From Candidatus Aenigmatarchaeota archaeon (GTDB lineage Archaea; Aenigmatarchaeota; Aenigmatarchaeia; Aenigmatarchaeales; JAHLMR01), in NCBI GenBank assembly GCA_018920255.1, contig JAHLMR010000007.1:1-29485 (forward strand): DNA of 29,485 bases, written 5' to 3'. Positions 16,567-24,385 of the stretch are shown in pieces (position 1 is the stretch's first letter; every line of letters begins with the position of its first letter). The notes beneath the pieces are model-generated. The model was not told the DNA's origin, made no database searches, and saw only the letters and a program-made list of their open reading frames with translations. The position numbers were made by a program, and so were the translations under genes.

Positions 16567-17256
16567 TAATTCTTCTTTTCTTTTTTTAGAAAAAAACCAG
16601 TTCACAGATCTCCATATTTTTTTATAATAAACTTCTATTAAAATTTTTCTTTTAGCTTCTCTTCCAAAAACCTTTACTTTTCCATTTTTTATTTCTGAAA
16701 TTGGATCATTATTACAAATTATACCAGCCGCTCCTAAGGTAAGAATAGAATGAGAATCGCTTCCAGCTACCATTGGAATAGAATATTTAATTGCAAGTTC
16801 TTTTGCTGAATTGTTTTGAAATTTTAAAGCAGAACATGCATTAAGTACTTCTATTGCATCAGCAAATATTGCTTTTTTCATTAAACATTCTCTTAAAATA
16901 AATTTTGCAAACGGATGTGGGGCAATTGCTATTCCACCTTGAGAATGTATTTCATCTATAGAATCCTTAAGAGACATATAAGGTTTTATTTCTTTATGTA
17001 AACCTATTCCTAATAAATCACCAGATGCTGTTTTTATTTCTTCACCTATTATTACATTAAAATTTGGATATTTTTTCTTTGCATAATTTTTTGCTTTTAA
17101 TGCCCCCTTAATTGTATTATGGTCTGTAATTGCTATTCCGTTTAATCCTTTTTTTACTGCGGCATCTACAATTTCTTCAGGCGTGTTTAAAGCATCATAG
17201 CCCCAAAAAGCCACTTTACTATAAATTGTATGAACATGTAAGTCGTATTTTTTCAA
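16558..17256 (-). CDS. PHP-domain metal-dependent phosphoesterase
   Basis: YDLHVHTIYS...GIAITDHNT...APHP...GSDSH are the His/Asp clusters of the PHP fold. Confidence 0.75.
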   Translation of the reverse strand: MKKYDLHVHTIYSKVAFWGYDALNTPEEIVDAAVKKGLNGIAITDHNTIKGALKAKNYAKKKYPNFNVIIGEEIKTASGDLLGIGLHKEIKPYMSLKDSIDEIHSQGGIAIAPHPFAKFILRECLMKKAIFADAIEVLNACSALKFQNNSAKELAIKYSIPMVAGSDSHSILTLGAAGIICNNDPISEIKNGKVKVFGREAKRKILIEVYYKKIWRSVNWFFSKKRKEELLK

Positions 17257-17260
17257 AATA

Positions 17261-17800
17261 TCACCAGGGAACTGATTTCAGTTTAATTAAATAGCTTATA
17301 ATATTTGTTATTCTATGAACTATTATTGTAAAAATTATCATAAATAAAAACATAATTACTGTAATTTTAAAAAATAATAAGCCTATCATTGTTGCAGATA
17401 AAATAAAATTTGTTTGATCTAAAATTGGTGCATCAGCGCCTCTTTCAAGACTAATTCTTCTTTTTATAAAGCTTCCAATTAAATCTCCTGATAAAGCACT
17501 AAAAGACAATATTAATGCATTTAACGGGTTTATGTAAGGAAGTTCAAAACCATAATAAATTGCTATTGAATTAAATTTAGGGTATAAAATCCACAATATT
17601 CCACCATAAAAAATTCCTGCAAGAATTCCTATTATAAATCCCTCTATTGTTTTTCCATCACCAAATATTCTTTTCCCATCACTCCAAGTTTTTTTAAAAT
17701 CTATAGGTACTTTTCCTTTTACTAAAACGGGAAAACCATTAGCAGCATATAATGGAATTAATAACCACAATGCTTTTATTATTTCATATAATATATCCAA
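17261..17800 (-). CDS. carS: CDP-archaeol synthase (CarS, DUF46)
   Basis: LYAANGFPVL...FGDGKTIEGF...SFIKRRISLERGADAPILDQ. The track ORF runs on to 17881 through the tRNA, so I propose the in-frame TTG at 17800 (start uncertain). Confidence 0.75.
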   Translation of the reverse strand: MDILYEIIKALWLLIPLYAANGFPVLVKGKVPIDFKKTWSDGKRIFGDGKTIEGFIIGILAGIFYGGILWILYPKFNSIAIYYGFELPYINPLNALILSFSALSGDLIGSFIKRRISLERGADAPILDQTNFILSATMIGLLFFKITVIMFLFMIIFTIIVHRITNIISYLIKLKSVPW

Positions 17801-17814
17801 ATAAACACCTAATT

Positions 17815-17998
17815 TGGTGCGCCAGCTGGGAATCCCGCAACTTCTTCGAAGCTTCTTTTTCAAAAAAAGAAGCTTCAGCAAGAAAAACTTTTTAAGTTTT
17901 CTTGATGAAACTTCTTTTTCTAAAAGAAGTTTCGAAGCTTCTTCGAACCCAGGTCAGCAGCTTGGAAGGCTGCGGTCCTACCACTAGACTACTGGCGC
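17815..17998 (-). tRNA. tRNA-Gly(UCC) with 110-nt T-loop insertion, CCA encoded
   Basis: GCGCCAG-TA-GTCT-AGTGGTA-GGAC-C-GCAGC-CTTCCAA-GCTGC-TGAC-CTGGG-TTCGAA[110 nt]T-CCCAG-CTGGCGC-A-CCA. Confidence 0.85.
17832..17941 (-). other. T-loop intervening sequence of tRNA-Gly(UCC), 110 nt
   Basis: T-loop UUCG can pair with the intron-terminal CGGG, followed by a 3-nt bulge AUU, giving a half-BHB at the 3' site. The element shares a 53-nt identical block with the Met/Lys element. Confidence 0.7.
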
Positions 17999-18157
17999 TT
18001 TTGTTAAAAGCGTTAGTATAATTTCAAGAGCAGCAAAACCTGTACAAATTAATACAACATGCTCTGGTTTTAATTTTATTAAACTTTTATCTTCTTCGTA
18101 ATATCTTACAAGACCCCCCATACTTGCTGGGGTTTGTATTTTTAATTTTTCTGCCAT
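17984..18157 (-). CDS. secG: Preprotein translocase subunit Sec61beta/SecG (archaeal)
   Basis: PASMGGLVRYYEED followed by a C-terminal TM helix. Its last 5 codons and stop overlap the 5' end of tRNA-Gly(UCC). Confidence 0.8.
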   Translation of the reverse strand: MAEKLKIQTPASMGGLVRYYEEDKSLIKLKPEHVVLICTGFAALEIILTLLTKAPVV

Positions 18158-18199
18158 ATTAATCAATTTAATTTTATATTTTTTTAACTTTTTAAATAT

Positions 18200-18985
18200 T
18201 TATTTTATTATAAAATAATCTACAAGTTTTCCTTTCTCATCTCTTAAATATACAATATCATAATTGTTATTCCAAATAGGAAATCCGGAATTCCAATAAA
18301 AAATATTTTTCGTATTATATCCATAACCAGTATATAAAATTAAAGAAGAATTTGATTCTAAAGAATGATTAAAAATAAAAGTATTCCATGCTGAATCATG
18401 AATTTTCCATTTTGAAATATTACAAGAAAAATTACATAAGTTTTTTATTTCAACATATTCATCATTTAATGAATTTTTTTCAATAGCATTTATTTTTAAA
18501 ATTTTTATACAATTTTTACATGGATTTTCTGATTTTTCGCATAAACCTATATTTTCTTTTATACAATCTTTAAATGCATTTTCAAAATCAAAAGTATATT
18601 TAAAATTACTATTTAATATATAAGGTAAAGCAAGTCCGTTTTTAATCATTTCTTTATTTACATTTGTATTATTAAGAAAAATAATTCTTAATAACCTTCC
18701 ATATTTATCTTTATTATCTTTGATTTTTTCTAATAAAACATATTTATTAAGAACTAAATATTTCAATTCTTCCTTTGCTTTTTCATAGTATTTATCTCCG
18801 TTTTCTGGAGCATTAATTCCTAAAAGTCTTACTTTTTCTCCTGTTTCAATTTCTATTGTATCACCATCGATAACATTAATAACAAAGGCTATTTGTTTTT
18901 CCTTATTAAATGTAAAAAATATAACTATACTTAAAATAGAAATAAAAATAATTAATAAAATAATACGCTCTCTTGTAAATTTCAA
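18200..18985 (-). CDS. Membrane-anchored/secreted staphylococcal-nuclease (SNase) domain fused to a lamin-tail-like domain
   Basis: VIDGDTIEIETGEKVRLLGINAPE...YGRLLRIIF...NKEMIKNGLA (SNase). C-terminal NDEYVEIKNLCNFSCNISKWKIHD resembles LTD. A TTG start after GAGGT is proposed at 18985; the track start is 19030. Confidence 0.7.
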   Translation of the reverse strand: MKFTRERIILLIIFISILSIVIFFTFNKEKQIAFVINVIDGDTIEIETGEKVRLLGINAPENGDKYYEKAKEELKYLVLNKYVLLEKIKDNKDKYGRLLRIIFLNNTNVNKEMIKNGLALPYILNSNFKYTFDFENAFKDCIKENIGLCEKSENPCKNCIKILKINAIEKNSLNDEYVEIKNLCNFSCNISKWKIHDSAWNTFIFNHSLESNSSLILYTGYGYNTKNIFYWNSGFPIWNNNYDIVYLRDEKGKLVDYFIIK

Positions 18986-18989
18986 AAAA

Positions 18990-19184
18990 TCAAACCTCAG
19001 CTGCAACTGATATCCAAAACATTCCTGCAACCAAAATTAATACAAAAGCAATTATATATGCTATTGATACTGATAATAAATCTGTTCCTAATTCAGAAGG
19101 ATTTATATTTCCTGCTATTAAAATTCCTAAAAAAAGACATATTCCACCAATTATCCAAAAACTTATTTCTTTTGCTGTTACCAT
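18990..19184 (-). CDS. Small two-TM membrane protein
   Basis: 64 aa with two hydrophobic helices. No motif. Confidence 0.45.
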   Translation of the reverse strand: MVTAKEISFWIIGGICLFLGILIAGNINPSELGTDLLSVSIAYIIAFVLILVAGMFWISVAAEV

Positions 19185-19227
19185 AAAAATATTTTAATGT
19201 ATTTAATATTTAAAACTTTCTAAATTT

Positions 19228-20061
19228 TCATAACAGAATTTTTTTAAAAATTTCAATTGTATCAACTGGCTCATATTTTAAATCTTTAATGGTTTTTTGT
19301 ATGTTATAATTTCTATCTTCAAAAAATGCAGAAATTGTTTCTTGGGTTATTGGAGGTTCTATATTAATAAAATTACTTAAATTCTTTATTAGAGCAAATA
19401 TTTTTTTAATAAGCTCTATATCCTTTTTTGTAAAATAAATGATTTTATATTTATCTTTTAATGTATTAGCAAGATTTTGAAATAAAAATGAATTTTTATC
19501 TGCTACATAATATATCTCAGAGTTTCCATGAAATATTGAGAGATATATTGCTTCTACTACTTTTTTAAGATAAACCAAATGAAGGTTTAAATCTTTAATT
19601 ATAGGTAAAATTTTAAATTTTTTTATAAGTTTAAGTCTATTTTCATCATATACTGGTGCAATCCTTAATATTGGTATTTTAATGTTTTTTTGAAAATCAA
19701 AGGCTATTTTTTCTGCTTCTTTTTTACTCTTGGAATATAATGTTTCTGTTTTTTCTGTTACTGCAACAGAACTAATATAAATAACTCTTTCAATTCCTTC
19801 CTCTTCAGCAACCTTTAAAATATTATAAGTACCATTAACATTTATATTTTTTATTTTTTTGTAGTCTCCACTATATTTTTTTAATGCTGCTAAATGAATT
19901 ACAACATCAGAATTTTTTATTGTTTTTTTAATGTGTGATGTATTAGTAATATCATAACCTAAGGATTTTGAAAACATTATAACTTTATGACCTTTATTAT
20001 TAAGATATTTTACAACTTCTTTTCCTATATAACCTGTTGCTCCAGTAACAAAAACCCTCAT
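19228..20061 (-). CDS. NAD-dependent epimerase/dehydratase (SDR) family protein
   Basis: MRVFVTGATGYIGKEVV is a Rossmann GxxGxxG; YSKSK fits YxxxK. Confidence 0.8.
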   Translation of the reverse strand: MRVFVTGATGYIGKEVVKYLNNKGHKVIMFSKSLGYDITNTSHIKKTIKNSDVVIHLAALKKYSGDYKKIKNINVNGTYNILKVAEEEGIERVIYISSVAVTEKTETLYSKSKKEAEKIAFDFQKNIKIPILRIAPVYDENRLKLIKKFKILPIIKDLNLHLVYLKKVVEAIYLSIFHGNSEIYYVADKNSFLFQNLANTLKDKYKIIYFTKKDIELIKKIFALIKNLSNFINIEPPITQETISAFFEDRNYNIQKTIKDLKYEPVDTIEIFKKILL

Positions 20062-20072
20062 AAAAATCTCTT

Positions 20073-20259
20073 TGGTGGGCCCAACGGGATTCTCTGCAAC
20101 TTCTTCGAAGCTTCTTTTTCAAAAAAAGAAGCTTCAGCAAGAAAAACTGTCTTTCTTGATGCAACTTCTTTTTTAAAGAAGTTGCAAAGAAGGTTCTTCT
20201 TTGAACCCGCGACCTTCCGCTTAAGAGGCGGTTGCTCTACCAGACTGAGCTATGGACCC
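20073..20259 (-). tRNA. tRNA-Lys(CUU) with 110-nt T-loop insertion, CCA encoded
   Basis: GGGTCCA-TA-GCTC-AGTCTGGTA-GAGC-A-ACCGC-CTCTTAA-GCGGA-AGGTC-GCGGG-TTCAAA[110 nt]T-CCCGT-TGGGCCC-A-CCA. One A27/A43 mismatch and two G:U pairs. Confidence 0.85.
20090..20199 (-). other. T-loop intervening sequence of tRNA-Lys, 110 nt, identical to the tRNA(CAU) copy
   Basis: 20092-20216 equals 651-775 base for base in my manual alignment. Confidence 0.75.
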
Positions 20260-20298
20260 TTAAAAAATAAAGAGAATCAAAAATTTTTAAAATCTTCT

Positions 20299-20487
20299 TT
20301 ATTTTTTTCTATTTCCCTTTCCTAAAATTTCTTTCCAAGCCCATCTAAAAGAACGTAATCTTTTATTTGGATAACCGCATGCAGCACATTTCTTTTTTTG
20401 AATGTGATACGAATTTCTTCCACATCTTCTACATCTTATATGAGTTATTTTATTGTGTTTACCAAAACTTGGAGTTCCCTTAGTCAA
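20299..20487 (-). CDS. rpl37e: 50S ribosomal protein L37e (eL37)
   Basis: [40 protein letters not shown]. Confidence 0.95.
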   Translation of the reverse strand: MTKGTPSFGKHNKITHIRCRRCGRNSYHIQKKKCAACGYPNKRLRSFRWAWKEILGKGNRKK

Positions 20488-20501
20488 TTATAACACCGTT
20501 C

Positions 20502-20720
20502 CTATAAAATTGGAGCAATATAAATTATTGTATCTCCTCGAACAAGCATACTTCCAAATTTTACTACTTTATCATCTTTTCTTTCTTCTCCTTCTTCTAT
20601 CCAAATATTTAAATGTAAGTCAAATGCTTGTAAAATTCCTGTAACTTCAACTCCATTTTTTAATTTTATAAATATTCTTTTTCCCTTTGATTTTTCTAAA
20701 ATATCTATTGGTCTTGGCAT
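20502..20720 (-). CDS. Sm-like (LSm/SmAP) RNA-binding protein
   Basis: Sm1/Sm2 pattern IFIKLKNGVEVTGILQAFDLHLNI...LVRGDTIIYI. The eL37 neighbour is a conserved pairing. Confidence 0.9.
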   Translation of the reverse strand: MPRPIDILEKSKGKRIFIKLKNGVEVTGILQAFDLHLNIWIEEGEERKDDKVVKFGSMLVRGDTIIYIAPIL

Positions 20721-20801
20721 TTTATCACAAAATTTATAGTAATTGGAATATATTTAAATCTATAGGAATCTTTAAAAAGATTACAAAATTACATATAAAA
20801 T

Positions 20802-21017
20802 ATGTCTGAAAAGAAAATTGTTATTGAAAATAAAGATGAATATACAAGATTTGAGAAAACAAGAATAATTGGTGCAAGGGCACATCAAATTGCAGCAGGG
20901 GCTCCTATATTTATTAAAACAAATGAAACAGATCCAATTAAAATAGCACAAGCTGAATTTGAAGCGGGAGTAATTCCCATTGTTGTAAGAAGAAAATTAC
21001 CAGCAAAAAAAGAATAA
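20802..21017 (+). CDS. rpoK: DNA-directed RNA polymerase subunit K (Rpo6/RpoK)
   Basis: YTRFEKTRIIGARAHQIAAGAP. Confidence 0.88.
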   Translation: MSEKKIVIENKDEYTRFEKTRIIGARAHQIAAGAPIFIKTNETDPIKIAQAEFEAGVIPIVVRRKLPAKKE

Positions 21018-21167
21018 CTAATTTTTTCTCTTATATTTTTCATATTTTAATTCTTTTTCTAAAGAAAACTTAGGTGGGTGTGGAGTTATTGTTTTTTCTT
21101 TACAAATATTACAATATTCCATTAAAGTATATTTACCGCACTTTTTACATTTTTTTATACTAAGCAT
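21018..21167 (-). CDS. nop10: Ribosome biogenesis protein Nop10 (H/ACA RNP)
   Basis: Hand translation: MLSIKKCKKCGKYTLMEYCNICKEKTITPHPPKFSLEKELKYEKYKRKN*. The start overlaps the aIF2alpha stop (TAATG). Not in the ORF track. Confidence 0.85.
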   Translation of the reverse strand: MLSIKKCKKCGKYTLMEYCNICKEKTITPHPPKFSLEKELKYEKYKRKN

Positions 21168-21934
21168 TATTCAACACGCTCAAATTTTGCTTCCCCGCCA
21201 CTTTTTATTACTTTATTAACAATTTCTTCAGCAACTGATAATAATTTTCTTTCACCTATTTTTTTGTTTTTTGTTTTAATTGAAATAAGATAGTATGGTG
21301 CAGAAATATATTTTATTTCTACTTCATTAGATACTTCTGATAAAATTTGTTTTATTTTTTCTATTCCATCTGGAGCTATAAAAGAAATTGACAGCTTTCC
21401 TTTTAATTCTATTTCTCTTTTTTCCATAAATTTCTTAGAAATTTCTATTATTTTGTTTAAATATTTATCTTCTATTATTTTTTTCCTCTTTAAAAGTTCT
21501 GGATTTTCAAATATAATTTGAAATCCCTTAAACATTTCACCAAAATTTTCTTCTAGCTTTATTCCTATTTCTTTATATGCATCTTCTGGCTGCATTTTTA
21601 ATTCTTTTGCAATTTCTATAAGAATTTTTTGTGCTTTTTGTTCTCGTTTATATGCTTTCATTTTTTCTTGTGCTTCGTGTTCAGAAACTCTTTTTATACT
21701 TAAATTTATGTTATTATCTTGATCTATAGATAAAACTCTTGCAATAATTTTTTGTTTTTCCTTTAAAATTGTTTTAATGTCTTTTACCCACTTTCTAGAA
21801 ACTTCAGAAATATGAATCATTCCAGTTTTCCCTGGATACTCATCTAATTCAACAATTACAGAAAATGGATTTATTTTTATTACTGTGCCTACAACAACTT
21901 CGAAAACTTGAGGTAATTCTTTTTTCTTTATCAT
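21167..21934 (-). CDS. eif2a: Translation initiation factor 2 subunit alpha (aIF2alpha)
   Basis: S1 domain VVGTVIKINPFSVIVELDEYPGKTGMIHISEVSRKWVKDI. I moved the start to MIKKKELPQ so it does not overlap eS27. Confidence 0.9.
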   Translation of the reverse strand: MIKKKELPQVFEVVVGTVIKINPFSVIVELDEYPGKTGMIHISEVSRKWVKDIKTILKEKQKIIARVLSIDQDNNINLSIKRVSEHEAQEKMKAYKREQKAQKILIEIAKELKMQPEDAYKEIGIKLEENFGEMFKGFQIIFENPELLKRKKIIEDKYLNKIIEISKKFMEKREIELKGKLSISFIAPDGIEKIKQILSEVSNEVEIKYISAPYYLISIKTKNKKIGERKLLSVAEEIVNKVIKSGGEAKFERVE

Positions 21935-21971
21935 GATTAAAATATATGTAGAAATAGTTTTTAATATTATC

Positions 21972-22157
21972 TTATTCAAAAGTTTTCAATACTTTAGCTT
22001 TTATTTTTGCCTTTCCACCAAAATTTTCTGCTAATTCTGCACCACAAACTAAACAAAAAACTTTCATAGCTGGTTTATTGAAAATAATTTGTTCATTTTT
22101 GCATTTACTACAAATAACTTTTAAAAATTTAGATTTTGGCTGTAAAATAGTTCGCAT
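21972..22157 (-). CDS. rps27e: 30S ribosomal protein S27e (eS27)
   Basis: [32 protein letters not shown] zinc ribbon. Confidence 0.92.
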   Translation of the reverse strand: MRTILQPKSKFLKVICSKCKNEQIIFNKPAMKVFCLVCGAELAENFGGKAKIKAKVLKTFE

Positions 22158-22159
22158 AA

Positions 22160-22447
22160 CTATTCCTTCTTTAATTCAAATTTTTTAATTCTAAAACCTT
22201 TTCCAATTGTTAATTCTTTTCCACATTCTTTACATTTATATCTTAAATCTAATTTTTTTGTTGGCTTTGCTCTCTCTTTTGGATTTGGTCTAGGAAAGCT
22301 TCCAAATCCTTTCATTTTTCTTTTAAATCTTCTTTGTCCACTAGCTAAAGTTCTTTTTTTCTTTCCACCACTAACTTTTTTAACTTCAACTTCTGTATGT
22401 TTTTTACAAATTGGACAATATCTTCTTTGAATTTTTGGAATATTCAT
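22160..22447 (-). CDS. rpl44e: 50S ribosomal protein L44e (eL42)
   Basis: [17 protein letters not shown]...[13 protein letters not shown]...CKECGK. Confidence 0.92.
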   Translation of the reverse strand: MNIPKIQRRYCPICKKHTEVEVKKVSGGKKKRTLASGQRRFKRKMKGFGSFPRPNPKERAKPTKKLDLRYKCKECGKELTIGKGFRIKKFELKKE

Positions 22448-22486
22448 AATTATTTTAACTGAATGTAATATATTTAAATTTAATTT

Positions 22487-23776
22487 TTATGGTTCAGTTC
22501 TTTCAATTGTTCTAGGAAATGCTATTGCATCTTTAATAGTTGGTACGCCTGTAAACCACATTACAACTCTATCTACTCCTAAACCAAAACCAGCATGAGG
22601 TACACTACCATATCTTCTTAAATCAAAATACCATTCATAATTTCTAGGATCATCTTTTTGTTCTATTAAAGCTTTTTTCATTTCATCAATATTTAAATCT
22701 CTTTCTGAACCACCAATAATTTCAAAACCAACTTCTGGAGCTAATATATCTAAACATCTTGCCAATTCTGGATTTTTTTGATCTCTTGGTTTATAAAATG
22801 CCATTACTTTTTTCGGATAATGTGTTACAATTACTGGTTTATTAAAATGTGCTGTTATTTGTTTTTCCTCTATAGACCTTAAATCTTTTCCAAATTTTAC
22901 TTCTATCCCATCTCTTTTAAGAATCTCTAATGCTTCTGTATATGTAATTCTTGGAAATGGTGGTACAATATTTTCTAGTATTTTATAATCTCTTCCAAGC
23001 TCTTTTAATTCTTTTTTATTGTTTTCAAGTACAGACTGAGCTAAATATGAGACTAAATTTTCACAAAGTTTTGCTAAACCATCTAAATCCATCCAAGCAG
23101 CCTCTGCTTCACAATGCCAGTATTCTGTTAAATGTCTTGCTGTTTTTGATTTTTCTGCACGAAAAGATGGTCCTAAAGTATATACCTTTTCTAATCCGTA
23201 AATTAAAGCCTCAAGATAAAATTGTGCTGTTTGAGAAAGTCTTAATTTTTCTTTGCCAAAATAGTCAACTTCAAACATTTCCAAACCAGACTCTGAAGTT
23301 TTTACAAAAAATGGTGCTTGTACATAATAGTATCCTTCCTTTTTAAAAAATTCATGAATTGCATTAAAAATTGTAGATCTTATTTTCAAAACATTTATCA
23401 TTTTCCAACTTCTTACCCAAAGATGTCTAACATCTAAAAGAAATTCTTCACTTATATCTTTAGAAATTGGAAAATTTTGAGATTGTCCGATTATTTGTAA
23501 TTTTTCAACTTCAATTTCTCTTCCTCCGGGTGCTCGATTGTCTTTTCTTACAAAACCATAAACATATAAACTTGTTTCAATACCCATTTTGTCTGCAATA
23601 TTAAAAAAATCTTTATTCTTTTTTACAACACACTGAATACGTTCAGAACTATCTCTTAAAATAAAAAATATATTTTCTTTTGAAGATCTGTGTCTATATA
23701 CCCAACCTCTTACCCAAACATTTTTTTCATCATATTTTCCATCAAGAATATCTGAAATTTTAATAAATTCTTCCAT
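22487..23776 (-). CDS. asnS: Asparaginyl-tRNA synthetase
   Basis: FRAEKSKTARHLTEYWHCEAEAAW, YEWYFDLRRYGSVPHAGFGLGVDR and FPRT closely match archaeal AsnRS rather than AspRS class II motifs. Confidence 0.88.
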   Translation of the reverse strand: MEEFIKISDILDGKYDEKNVWVRGWVYRHRSSKENIFFILRDSSERIQCVVKKNKDFFNIADKMGIETSLYVYGFVRKDNRAPGGREIEVEKLQIIGQSQNFPISKDISEEFLLDVRHLWVRSWKMINVLKIRSTIFNAIHEFFKKEGYYYVQAPFFVKTSESGLEMFEVDYFGKEKLRLSQTAQFYLEALIYGLEKVYTLGPSFRAEKSKTARHLTEYWHCEAEAAWMDLDGLAKLCENLVSYLAQSVLENNKKELKELGRDYKILENIVPPFPRITYTEALEILKRDGIEVKFGKDLRSIEEKQITAHFNKPVIVTHYPKKVMAFYKPRDQKNPELARCLDILAPEVGFEIIGGSERDLNIDEMKKALIEQKDDPRNYEWYFDLRRYGSVPHAGFGLGVDRVVMWFTGVPTIKDAIAFPRTIERTEP

Positions 23777-24385
23777 TTAATCACCTGTATTTAATATTTT
23801 TGCTAAATTTCTTTTTGAAAGCATTTCAGCTATTTCAATTGGAAGATTAATTCTTTCATTGCATGAATATGGCCCGTACTCTTTTTCGTCAGGACCCAAA
23901 AATCTTGGTATATCTTGTATAATTAAAACTTCACAGTTGTTTTCTAATCTTTTTTCTTCTTTTATTTCAAGAATTTTATTTTTTGCTTCAGAAATTTTTT
24001 CTTCAACTATAGTTGTATAATCAAAAATCCTTCCTCGAATTTGATCTTTATAATTTTTCATAAGAAGTATAAGCTCGTCGAAAAATTTTTGCTCTTCTTC
24101 CGTCATATTTTTTAATGGTAATTCACCTCTAATTGTTCTAAGAGCACCTAATACAATTTTTTTCATTCTTCTATTTATAATATCCTCTAAAAGAAGTTTT
24201 GCATTTTTTACTTCTATTATAGATTCCGGATTTTTAGAATTCTGTTTTTGATTAAACCATAAAGAAACTGATTTATAAAAATCATTAGGAAGTTTTGATA
24301 AAGTTCCTTTTTCATCTTCTTTTTTTTCTTCTCTGTTAATCATTCTTATATATTCATAGGTTATTATTTCAGTCATTTTTATCAC
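23777..24385 (-). CDS. GINS subunit (Gins51/Gins15-like)
   Basis: ITYEYIRMINREEK...LSKLPNDFYKSV...NAKLLLEDIINRRMKKI is a typical Gins51 N-terminal pattern. It sits immediately downstream of the primase, a conserved archaeal pairing. Confidence 0.6.
   Translation of the reverse strand: MIKMTEIITYEYIRMINREEKKEDEKGTLSKLPNDFYKSVSLWFNQKQNSKNPESIIEVKNAKLLLEDIINRRMKKIVLGALRTIRGELPLKNMTEEEQKFFDELILLMKNYKDQIRGRIFDYTTIVEEKISEAKNKILEIKEEKRLENNCEVLIIQDIPRFLGPDEKEYGPYSCNERINLPIEIAEMLSKRNLAKILNTGD

Noticed and set aside
17801-17881. N-terminal 27 codons of the 206-aa CarS ORF
   Set aside because: This stretch reads through the tRNA-Gly(UCC) 3' exon and intron, and the peptide (MLKLLFLKKKLRRSCGIPSWRTK) is hairpin-derived. 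An in-frame TTG at 17800 is more plausible.
630-20259. Repeated ~110-nt palindromic elements as a CRISPR array or as IS/MITE insertions inactivating tRNA genes
   Set aside because: It is not CRISPR, because the copies are 8-19 kb apart, have no spacer structure and are always inside tRNA T-loops. I consider pseudogenisation unlikely. All exon halves remain perfectly complementary, all five tRNAs are affected, I saw no target-site duplication, and one gene also has a good canonical BHB intron. MITE-like mobility of the element itself is not excluded.
19987-20325. 112-aa ORF on the plus strand
   Set aside because: It is antisense to the SDR gene end, tRNA-Lys and its element, and it repeats the same hairpin-derived peptide as 623-808.
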